Assembly (NCBI GenBank): GCA_015066365.1
Contig: SVON01000003.1
Location: 61,416-125,415, forward strand
Direction: 5' to 3'
DNA from: Oscillospiraceae bacterium
GTDB taxonomy: Bacteria > Bacillota > Clostridia > Oscillospirales > Acutalibacteraceae
Length of the DNA: 64,000 nucleotides
Below the pieces are notes generated by a model. The model did no database searches and was not told where the DNA came from. It worked only from the letters and a program-made list of their open reading frames with translations. Shown piece after piece: positions 16,203 to 23,402 of this stretch. Every line of letters begins with the position of its first letter. The first letter of the stretch is position 1. The position numbers and the translations under genes are program-made.

Positions 16203-17351
16203 ATGAGCAAACCGGTCTTACACTGCCCCCACGCCAAAAAGTGCGGTGGCTGTCAACTGCAGAATATGACCTATGAGCGTCAGCTCAGCTTTAAGCAGGT
16301 CAAGGTGATCAAGCTGCTGGGTAAATACCGCCACGTGGACGAGATCATCGGGATGCCCCACCCCTATCACTACCGCAACAAGGTGCAGGCCGCCTTCGGT
16401 GAGCGGGGGCGGGAGATCATCTCCGGCATCTACCAGTCCTCCACCCACAAGATCGTGCCGGTGGATCGTTGTCTCATCGAGGACGAAAAAGCCGACGAGA
16501 TCATCGTCACCATCCGCAAGCTGGTTAAGAGCTTTAAGCTGCGCGCTTTCAACGATGAGATTATGAAAGGCTTTCTCCGCCACGTGCTGATCAAACGGGG
16601 ATTTTCCAGCGGTCAGGTGATGGTGGTGCTGGTGACCGGCACGATGGAGTTCCCCAAAGAGGAGCCGTTTGTCAATGCCCTCTTGTCCCGCCACCCGGAG
16701 ATTACCACCATCGTCCAAAACGTGAACAACAAGCGCACCAGTCTGCTTCTGGGTGAGGAGAGCCGGGTGCTGTTTGGTGACGGCTATATTGAGGAAGATC
16801 TGTGCGGCTTCCGGTTCCGCATTTCCCCCAAGGCGTTTTACCAGATCAACCCCACCCAGACCGAGGTGCTGTATAATAAAGCGCTGACCTTTGCCGAACT
16901 CACCGGCAAGGAGACGGTGCTGGACGCCTATTGCGGCACCGGTACCATCGGCATCATCGCCTCGCCCCGCGCTAAGGGGGTGGTGGGCGTGGAGCTCAAC
17001 GCTGACGCCGTCAAGGACGCCAAGGTCAACGCCGGGCTGAACGGCGTGGAGAATATTGAGTTCTACGAGGACGACGCCGGCCGCTTTATGGTGAAAGAGG
17101 CTCAGCGCGGGGCCCGGTACGACGTGGTGCTGATGGATCCGCCCCGGGCCGGTGCCAGCCAGGAGTTTCTCAGATCTCTGGTGACTCTGGCCCCTAAGAA
17201 GGTAGTCTATATCTCTTGCAACCCGGAGACCCAGGCTCGTGACCTGGCGTTTTTGGTGAAAAACGGTTACCGGGTGAAGAAAATTCAGCCGGTGGATATG
17301 TTCCCCCACACCGAGCACGTGGAGTGCGTGGTGAGCCTTATGCGGAAATAA
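16203..17351 (+). CDS. second RumA-family RNA (uracil-5-)-methyltransferase, lacking TRAM
   Basis: CPHAKKCGGCQLQ, LDAYCGTGTIGI, DPPRAG and YISCNP motifs. Confidence 0.85.
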   Translation: MSKPVLHCPHAKKCGGCQLQNMTYERQLSFKQVKVIKLLGKYRHVDEIIGMPHPYHYRNKVQAAFGERGREIISGIYQSSTHKIVPVDRCLIEDEKADEIIVTIRKLVKSFKLRAFNDEIMKGFLRHVLIKRGFSSGQVMVVLVTGTMEFPKEEPFVNALLSRHPEITTIVQNVNNKRTSLLLGEESRVLFGDGYIEEDLCGFRFRISPKAFYQINPTQTEVLYNKALTFAELTGKETVLDAYCGTGTIGIIASPRAKGVVGVELNADAVKDAKVNAGLNGVENIEFYEDDAGRFMVKEAQRGARYDVVLMDPPRAGASQEFLRSLVTLAPKKVVYISCNPETQARDLAFLVKNGYRVKKIQPVDMFPHTEHVECVVSLMRK

Positions 17352-17391
17352 ATCCAAGCTTCCTACATATCCTAACAAACAGAGGTGCCTT

Positions 17392-17649
17392 ATGAAGAAA
17401 CCAAAGATACCGTGGAAGACTGCCTTTTGGGAGATCGTAGGGGAGTTGGCGCTCTACGTGGCGTTTTTTGTCGTGGGGGCGTTGGTGCTCGACCTATGCG
17501 GTGTGGATTTTATCGGCAGTGACGTAGATTTTGAATGGATCGTGCTGATCGGTTTAGGCGTTTTGGTGGTGCTTGCGGTAGTCGGGTACATCGTCTATCG
17601 TCTTGTGAAGAAGAAAGCCGAGCCCACAGAGAATAAAACCGACGAATAA
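17392..17649 (+). CDS. small two-TM membrane protein
   Basis: Two hydrophobic segments and a plausible RBS. No known motif. Confidence 0.5.
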   Translation: MKKPKIPWKTAFWEIVGELALYVAFFVVGALVLDLCGVDFIGSDVDFEWIVLIGLGVLVVLAVVGYIVYRLVKKKAEPTENKTDE

Positions 17650-17675
17650 CATTTATGAAAAAGGAGGTGCCCGGT

Positions 17676-19025
17676 ATGGAGCAGAGCGAAAAGTACATCC
17701 AAATGACCACTGCGCCGGTGGGGCGCCTCATCGGTAAATTGGCGGTGCCTACCGTTATTACCATGCTGATCACCTCCATCTACAATATGGCGGACACCTT
17801 CTTCGTGGGGCTGCTGGACAACACCTCTGCCACCGGTGCGGTGGGGGTGGTGTTCTCCTTTATGGCCATCATCCAGGCCTGCGGCTTTTTGTTCGGCCAG
17901 GGCTCCGGCAATTACATCTCCCGCGCCCTGGGTCGCCAGGAACGGGAAAAGGCGGAGAAAATGGCTTCGGTGGGCTTTTATTCCTCCATTTTGGCGGGGT
18001 TGCTGATTGCGGTGTTGGGCACGATCTTTTTGGACCCCCTGTGTCGGGTGTTGGGTGCCACCGAAACCATCCTGCCCTATGCCCGAAACTATCTGCGCAT
18101 CATCCTGATGGGTGCGCCCTATATGACCGCGGCGCTGACCCTCAACAACCAGCTCCGGTTTCAGGGCGCGGCCTTTTATAGTATGATCGGCATCGGCTCC
18201 GGCGGCGTGCTGAATATCCTTTTAGATCCCCTTTTCATTTTCACCTTTGAGATGGGTGTCACCGGCGCGGCGGTGGCTACGGTCATTAGCCAGGCGGTGA
18301 GCTTTTTGCTGCTTCTGTTCGGCACCTTCCAAAAGGATAACCTGCGGGTGCGGCCCGGTCTGTTCCGTCCGAAATGGGCGGACTTTGCCGAGATGCTGCG
18401 GGGTGGATTTCCCTCTCTGTGCCGGCAGGGTCTGTCCAGTCTGTCCACCATCGTGCTGAATCTCACCGCCGGCGGTATCGGTCAGGATGCCGCGATTGCC
18501 GCTATGTCGGTGGCAGGGCGGGTGATGCATATGGCCTTTGCGGCGATTTTGGGCTTCGGTCAGGGATTTCAGCCGGTGTGCGGGTTTAACTACGGTGCCG
18601 GGTTGTATCACCGGGTGAAAGAGGCTTTTTGGTTCTGTGTGCGGTTGGGCACCTGCCTATTGCTGGTGGCCTCGGTGGCGGGCTTTGTGTTCGCGCCGGA
18701 GCTGGTGAGCCTATTTAGTAGTGACCCGCAGGTGCTGGAATACGGTCGGGTGGCTCTGCGTCTGCAGTGCGTCAGCTTTCCGCTGATGGCGTGGACCGTG
18801 ATGTGCACCATGCTTACCCAGACCATCGGACGGGTGGTACCGGCCAGCTTTCTGTCCATGGCCCGGCAGGGGCTGTTCTTTATCCCGTTGGTGGCCGGTC
18901 TGCCTTTGTTGATCCGCGGTTTGCTGGGCGTGCAGATGGCGCAACCTCTGTCGGATCTGCTGACGGCGGCGGTGTCGGTGCCGGTGTATCTGACGGTGGC
19001 GCGGCGGTATTTGCAAGAACCGTAA
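17676..19025 (+). CDS. MATE family efflux transporter
   Basis: Twelve-TM-like profile with a typical N-terminus (LAVPTVITMLITSIYNMADTFFVG). ATG 17676 follows AAAGGAGG. Confidence 0.85.
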   Translation: MEQSEKYIQMTTAPVGRLIGKLAVPTVITMLITSIYNMADTFFVGLLDNTSATGAVGVVFSFMAIIQACGFLFGQGSGNYISRALGRQEREKAEKMASVGFYSSILAGLLIAVLGTIFLDPLCRVLGATETILPYARNYLRIILMGAPYMTAALTLNNQLRFQGAAFYSMIGIGSGGVLNILLDPLFIFTFEMGVTGAAVATVISQAVSFLLLLFGTFQKDNLRVRPGLFRPKWADFAEMLRGGFPSLCRQGLSSLSTIVLNLTAGGIGQDAAIAAMSVAGRVMHMAFAAILGFGQGFQPVCGFNYGAGLYHRVKEAFWFCVRLGTCLLLVASVAGFVFAPELVSLFSSDPQVLEYGRVALRLQCVSFPLMAWTVMCTMLTQTIGRVVPASFLSMARQGLFFIPLVAGLPLLIRGLLGVQMAQPLSDLLTAAVSVPVYLTVARRYLQEP

Positions 19026-19092
19026 AAAAACACTTGACATTGCAAAATTTTATGGTAGAATACTATTCGTGACTGAACGAGATCACATCTAT

Positions 19093-19169
19093 GGGCCTTT
19101 AACTCAGTTGGTTAGAGTAGCCGGCTCATAACCGGTCAGTCCCGGGTTCAAGTCCCTGAAGGCCCACCA
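19093..19169 (+). tRNA. tRNA with CAU anticodon (elongator Met or lysidine-modified Ile2; not initiator-like)
   Basis: Cloverleaf: acceptor GGGCCTT/AAGGCCC, D stem ACTC/GAGT, anticodon loop CTCATAA, T loop TTCAAGT, encoded CCA. Confidence 0.9.
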
Positions 19170-19235
19170 GAGTTCATTCGGACCTCGCGGTCCGTTTTTA
19201 CATAGCGGCCCACCCCACGGTGGACTCGCCCATAT

Positions 19236-19311
19236 AGGGGTATAGCTCAGTTGGTAGAGCAGCGGTCTCCAAAACCGCGTGTCGTGAGTTCGAATCTTAC
19301 TGCCCCTGCCA
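19236..19311 (+). tRNA. tRNA-Trp (anticodon CCA)
   Basis: Acceptor AGGGGTA/TGCCCCT, anticodon loop CTCCAAA, T arm GTGAG-TTCGAAT-CTTAC, encoded CCA. Confidence 0.92.
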
Positions 19312-19348
19312 AGCAAAAAGGCCGTCCGCAAGGACGGCCTTTTTGCTT
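19311..19348 (+). terminator. rho-independent terminator after the tRNA pair
   Basis: aagcaaaaaggccgtcc / ggacggcctttttgctt long stem. Confidence 0.8.
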
Positions 19349-19460
19349 GGCAGGAGAAACAAGCACCGCTCACGGACACGCCGAAAATGCTCCCTTGGGA
19401 GCATTTTCACAAGGAGTTGCGAGTAGAAACTGCGACAAGCACAATCTTGGCGCAACTCCA

Positions 19461-19484
19461 CGTGTCGTGAGTTCGAATCTCACT
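19461..19484 (+). repeat. partial copy of the tRNA-Trp 3' part (variable/T-arm region)
   Basis: cgtgtcgtgagttcgaatctcact compared with tRNA positions 19278-19301 (cgtgtcgtgagttcgaatcttact): one mismatch. Confidence 0.8.
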
Positions 19485-19517
19485 ACAAGTTTGTACGGAC
19501 TCCATCGAACCACCTTA

Positions 19518-19562
19518 TCCGACCTTGCTTACGCTCGGTCACCTTCCCCTCGAGGGGAAGGC
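19518..19562. repeat. second copy of the hairpin repeat element seen at 772-817
   Basis: tccgaccttgcttacgctcggtcaccttcccctcgaggggaaggc compared with tccgacctcgctatcgctcggccacctccctttacacaagggaggc. Confidence 0.55.
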
Positions 19563-19576
19563 TTTTTCGCCGCCCA

Positions 19577-19598
19577 CGTGTCGTGAGTTCGGAAATCT
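19577..19598 (+). repeat. second, more degenerate partial copy of the tRNA-Trp 3' part
   Basis: cgtgtcgtgagttcggaaatct: same core with a 2-nt insertion. Confidence 0.65.
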
Positions 19599-19675
19599 TT
19601 TTCTTGCGCAACACCGTGGTGTATGGTATAATACCTGCATTGTGTAATTTGGATGTTTAACCAGGAGGTTTTTCT

Positions 19676-20434
19676 ATGGCATTTTGCAGAAATTGTGGTT
19701 TTCAGGTAGCGGATTTGTCCGTTTATTGCCCCAATTGTGGAAACAAAGTATGGCGTCCGGCACAGTCCGTGAGCCGGGTGGTGGAACAGCCTCAGACACC
19801 GCCGGTGCAGGCCTACGCCGCCCCCGAGGCTCCGGTGCAGACCTATGCCGCCCCCGAGGTGCCGGTGCAGACCTACGCCGCCCCTGAGGCTCCGGTGCAG
19901 ACCTACGCCGCCCCCGAGGTGCCGTTGCAGTCTTTTGCTCAGACCCCTCTGTACGTTTCTGCTCAGGCACCGATGCAGCCGACCGCTCCGACGCAAGCCT
20001 CCGTTTATACTCGCCCCCGGAGTGTGTCTAAGGGCGGTCGAGGTCTCGGCATTATCTCTTTGCTGTTGGGCCTGGTTAATTTGCTCCCAGCGCTGATCAT
20101 CACGATCATGACCATCTATGTCTCTATTGCAGGCATTGTTCAGTATAGTGAGCTTGCGAATCAGGTCGGCGATGAGGTGATGGGCTTTGTTGAGGAGGCC
20201 AGAGACGAACTTGGTGCACACCTTGACGCCAGCGATATCAGTGGTGACTATGTGGCATGGCTTGGTCTTGTTTTTGTGGCAGCGGTGGGCACCGTGGTAT
20301 GCGCCGTTATCGCGAAAAAGAGAGGTTCTCGCCGAGGGGCGCGAATAGGCGGCCTTGTTCTAGGGGTTATGGAACTGGTACTATGTGTGACGGCGATTGT
20401 GGCGCTGGTTTTGCTGTTTTGCATTGTTGGATAA
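19676..20434 (+). CDS. zinc-ribbon membrane protein with Pro/Ala-rich decapeptide repeats
   Basis: N-terminus CRNCG...CPNCG, then (PVQTYAAPEA/V) repeated about 4 times, then three or four C-terminal TM segments. Confidence 0.75.
   Translation: MAFCRNCGFQVADLSVYCPNCGNKVWRPAQSVSRVVEQPQTPPVQAYAAPEAPVQTYAAPEVPVQTYAAPEAPVQTYAAPEVPLQSFAQTPLYVSAQAPMQPTAPTQASVYTRPRSVSKGGRGLGIISLLLGLVNLLPALIITIMTIYVSIAGIVQYSELANQVGDEVMGFVEEARDELGAHLDASDISGDYVAWLGLVFVAAVGTVVCAVIAKKRGSRRGARIGGLVLGVMELVLCVTAIVALVLLFCIVG
19801..19935 (+). repeat. in-frame 30-bp tandem repeat, about 4.3 copies
   Basis: gccggtgcagacctacgccgcccccgaggy units at 19801, 19831, 19861 and 19891, plus a partial unit. Confidence 0.9.
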
Positions 20435-20442
20435 ATAAAAAA

Positions 20443-20472
20443 AGCACCTGTTCTGCGGAACAGGTGCTTTTC
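20443..20472. terminator. bidirectional terminator between convergent genes
   Basis: agcacctgttc / gaacaggtgct stem flanked by A-run and T-run. Confidence 0.8.
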
Positions 20473-20474
20473 GT

Positions 20475-21326
20475 TTACTCCGTTTTTCCCAGTATCGCCA
20501 TGGCGCCGGCCCGGTATTTTCGGGGGGAGACGTGGTATTTTTCTTTGAACAGCTTATTGAAATAGGAGGTGTTCTGGAATCCCACGTCCAGCATCACCTC
20601 AAACACCGGTCGTTCGGTGGTGGCCAACTCTTCTGCTGCTCGCTCCAGCCGGATCGTGTTGACGTAGGCGGAGGGGGTGGTGCCCATATACTTGCGCATG
20701 CTGCGGGTCAGATGCTCCTGGGTCTTGCCGGACAGCTCCACCAGGCGAGCAATCCCCTGCACCATATTTTCCTGCTTCCGCATTTCGCTGCAGGCTTTAC
20801 GGAGCCAATAGGGGTTCAGGTTCACGTTGCCGCTGCCCACCGCGCACAGTACCAGGATGTCGATGAGCAGGGTGATGCCTTCCGTCGTTTGCACCTCTTG
20901 GGGGATGGGGTTGGTCACGTCCCGCAGCCATTTCATACGGCGGAGCAGCAACCGGCTTAATTCGTGGGTCAGCGTCACCTTGTCCGCCAGAGGGGTCTGG
21001 GCGGTGGAGGGGGCGCACAGCGCCGCCAATTTTTTGGCTTGCTCAAACTGCTCCTGGGAAAAAGCCAGATTAAAAAACTGAGCAGGGGCTTGATCCTTGC
21101 GGGAGAAGAAATGATAGTCCGCCGGATGCACCAGCACCAGCGTGTCGGGATAAAGGGTCTCCACGTGGCCGTTGATATGGTGCAGGATGGGGCCCTCCTC
21201 CACGATAAACACCTCGTAAAAGTCGTGGTGGTGGGGCACCGAGTGGCCGGTGGCCTCGTTCAGCACCGTGCGGCGGGAATAAAAGGAAACGTAAGGAAAA
21301 ACGTCTTTTTTTCGCAGTTGGCTCAT
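20475..21326 (-). CDS. AraC family transcriptional regulator (cupin N-domain plus HTH)
   Basis: C-terminal AraC HTH (LTRSMRKYMGTTPSAYVNTIRLERAAEELATT...GFQNTSYFNKLFKEKYHVSPRKYR). Divergent from cassette 1. Confidence 0.85.
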   Translation of the reverse strand: MSQLRKKDVFPYVSFYSRRTVLNEATGHSVPHHHDFYEVFIVEEGPILHHINGHVETLYPDTLVLVHPADYHFFSRKDQAPAQFFNLAFSQEQFEQAKKLAALCAPSTAQTPLADKVTLTHELSRLLLRRMKWLRDVTNPIPQEVQTTEGITLLIDILVLCAVGSGNVNLNPYWLRKACSEMRKQENMVQGIARLVELSGKTQEHLTRSMRKYMGTTPSAYVNTIRLERAAEELATTERPVFEVMLDVGFQNTSYFNKLFKEKYHVSPRKYRAGAMAILGKTE

Positions 21327-21476
21327 AATTATCACCCAATATCAAAATAACACGAAAAATATCAATAGTCAAGTAGACTTTTCTCTTATATTGATATAGT
21401 ATGGTAGCAATAAATTGTTTCTCTGCGGTGGCTTCTCTGGCGATTTGGCACCTCAGGCGAGAAAGGAAGTGTGACA

Positions 21477-23396
21477 ATGCAGAACTATACACGCAATCTG
21501 CTGGCCTTGTTGTGTGCGGTAGCGATGCTTTTCTCTCTGGTTTCCTGCGGCACGCAGGCTCAGGGTGAGGAGGGCGAAGCCCCCAACAAGGTGGAGGCTA
21601 ACAGCGTGGCGAAGATCTTGGAGCGGGACGGCTATCTGGAGGGGATCTGGTGGCCTTGGTTTACCCACGACGATCTGGGCCATGGTCTGACCGCCAACGA
21701 GACTATGGTAAAGTATGTGAGCAACGCTTGGTCTACGGTGGGCGTGGACAAGTATAGCGATAAATATCTGCTGGAGCAGATCTATAACCTGAAGGCTTTG
21801 GGCTTTAACATTATGGGTTATGAAGGCTCGATCTACGCAGAGGGCGTCATTTTTGACGAAGCCGGCGATGTGCTGGGCATTAAGGAGGATTACCTCCAGA
21901 ATGTCCGCCGTCTGCTGAACGTCTGCCGTCAGGCCGAGATGCCGGTGCTGTGGACGGTGTGCTGTCACTCCACCTCGGCGGTTTCCTATTACAATCTGGA
22001 GGTTTGGTACCGGATGACCCAGATGTATGCGGTCAAGGAGGTAGCCGACCACTATGTTGAGCGATTTGTCAAACCGTTGTGCGCGGTGCTGGCAGAATAT
22101 CCGGACGTGGTGGTGATGTGTGCCACCACCTCTGAGGTAGAGAACGAGATGAACGACCCCGATATGGGCAACTTCACCGAGCATCGGGAAACCTATGGCG
22201 TCACCAAAGAGTCGATGCTATATTTTGTCAACGCGGTGGCGGATACCCTGGCGGCAGAGCTGCCGAACGTGGATCGCACCCTCTGCGGTAGCACCGACAA
22301 TATGACCATGTACTCCGAGACCAACCTGACCTTTATCGGTCACCAAGAGTATAATGCCAACGCTTCTGCCGACGACATTTCTAAATTCCGTTCTCCGTTG
22401 CCGATGTTGGCCACCGAGTTCGGCTTGGGCGACGGCAAATATCCCACCGAGGACGAGCTGGTCGATGCCCAGCTTACCTTCCGGAATAATTTCAAGAGCA
22501 AGGGCTGGAGCGGATGGTTTATGTGGTGCTGGTCCAATCAGTCCGGCGGTAGTTCTTATGACCTGATTGCCAAAAACGGTGGGATTACCGATTTCCGCAA
22601 GGTGGCCTATGAGATCCACGATTATATTGAGGAATACCGGGCGGAGTATCGGGGCGAGACCCTTTCGGTCAACACCCCCACTATGTTCTTTCACTCCGGC
22701 GACGGCCTGGTAGAGTGGATAAAGCCTACCCAGTCTCACACCTATAAGCTGGAGCGATCGCTGAACGGCGGCGCTTGGACCACCATCGCCACCACCGGCG
22801 CTACGGTGGATTCTGTGGGCCGTAAATACACCTATCAGGACACCACCCTGCCCACCAACGGCAAGGTGCAGTACCGGGTGATTGTTACCTCCGGCGGCAA
22901 GACCGTCACCTCCCTCTCCAACGTGGTGGACGTTCTGCCTCCTGCCCAGAACCTGGCGCAGAATGGCGGCTTTGAGGATGGACTGACCGGCTGGACCAAG
23001 TTTGGTAGTGACGGCACCTACCGGGCTACCAACGCCACCGCCCACACCGGCTCTTACAGTTTGGAGCTGGATTATGGCAGCGGCGAGTGGCAGGGGATGT
23101 ATCAGCCCGCCCTTCAGGTGAAGCCGAACACCAACTACACCCTGACGTATTACTACAAACACGCCGGCGACGATACCGCCAACAACTGCTATTGCTTTGT
23201 ACGCGGCGGGGATGGCACCATTAATGCGGCGGAGATCGTTGGCCAGGCCTATATGAACGGCGGCAACACCACCGAATGGAAGAAGGAGACCATTTCCTTC
23301 CGCACCGGTGACAGCGATAAGCTGTGCATCGACTTCCGTGTGGTAGCCGGCACGCACACCTATATCGACGACGTTATGTTGGTCGAATTGCTGTAA
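21477..23396 (+). CDS. secreted lipoprotein glycoside hydrolase, clan GH-A-like (beta/alpha)8 (GH5-like, family unresolved), plus Fn3/Ig-like and C-terminal CBM4/9-like domains
   Basis: Lipobox LVSCG. IYNLKALGFNIMGYEGS, VENEMND (candidate acid/base) and LATEFGLGDG (candidate nucleophile). C-terminus NGGFEDGLTGW...KPNTNYTLTYYYK. Paralogs at 47129 and 55013. Confidence 0.7.
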   Translation: MQNYTRNLLALLCAVAMLFSLVSCGTQAQGEEGEAPNKVEANSVAKILERDGYLEGIWWPWFTHDDLGHGLTANETMVKYVSNAWSTVGVDKYSDKYLLEQIYNLKALGFNIMGYEGSIYAEGVIFDEAGDVLGIKEDYLQNVRRLLNVCRQAEMPVLWTVCCHSTSAVSYYNLEVWYRMTQMYAVKEVADHYVERFVKPLCAVLAEYPDVVVMCATTSEVENEMNDPDMGNFTEHRETYGVTKESMLYFVNAVADTLAAELPNVDRTLCGSTDNMTMYSETNLTFIGHQEYNANASADDISKFRSPLPMLATEFGLGDGKYPTEDELVDAQLTFRNNFKSKGWSGWFMWCWSNQSGGSSYDLIAKNGGITDFRKVAYEIHDYIEEYRAEYRGETLSVNTPTMFFHSGDGLVEWIKPTQSHTYKLERSLNGGAWTTIATTGATVDSVGRKYTYQDTTLPTNGKVQYRVIVTSGGKTVTSLSNVVDVLPPAQNLAQNGGFEDGLTGWTKFGSDGTYRATNATAHTGSYSLELDYGSGEWQGMYQPALQVKPNTNYTLTYYYKHAGDDTANNCYCFVRGGDGTINAAEIVGQAYMNGGNTTEWKKETISFRTGDSDKLCIDFRVVAGTHTYIDDVMLVELL

Positions 23397-23402
23397 GGAG
23401 GG

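Noticed and set aside
19093-19169. Possible initiator tRNA-fMet.
   Set aside because: The 1:72 acceptor position is paired (G1-C72). The anticodon stem lacks the three consecutive G-C pairs typical of initiators. It more closely resembles elongator Met or Ile2(CAU), and these cannot be distinguished by eye.
19350-19675. Looked for an integrase, prophage or island next to the tRNA-Trp fragments.
   Set aside because: There are no ORFs of meaningful size or recombinase motifs. Only short fragments and a repeat element remain, so this is reported as scars rather than as a mobile element.
19801-19935. Regularly spaced 30-bp repeats that could at first glance suggest a CRISPR-like array.
   Set aside because: The units are contiguous with no spacers. 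They are in-frame inside a well-supported ORF and encode a decapeptide repeat. No cas genes are present.
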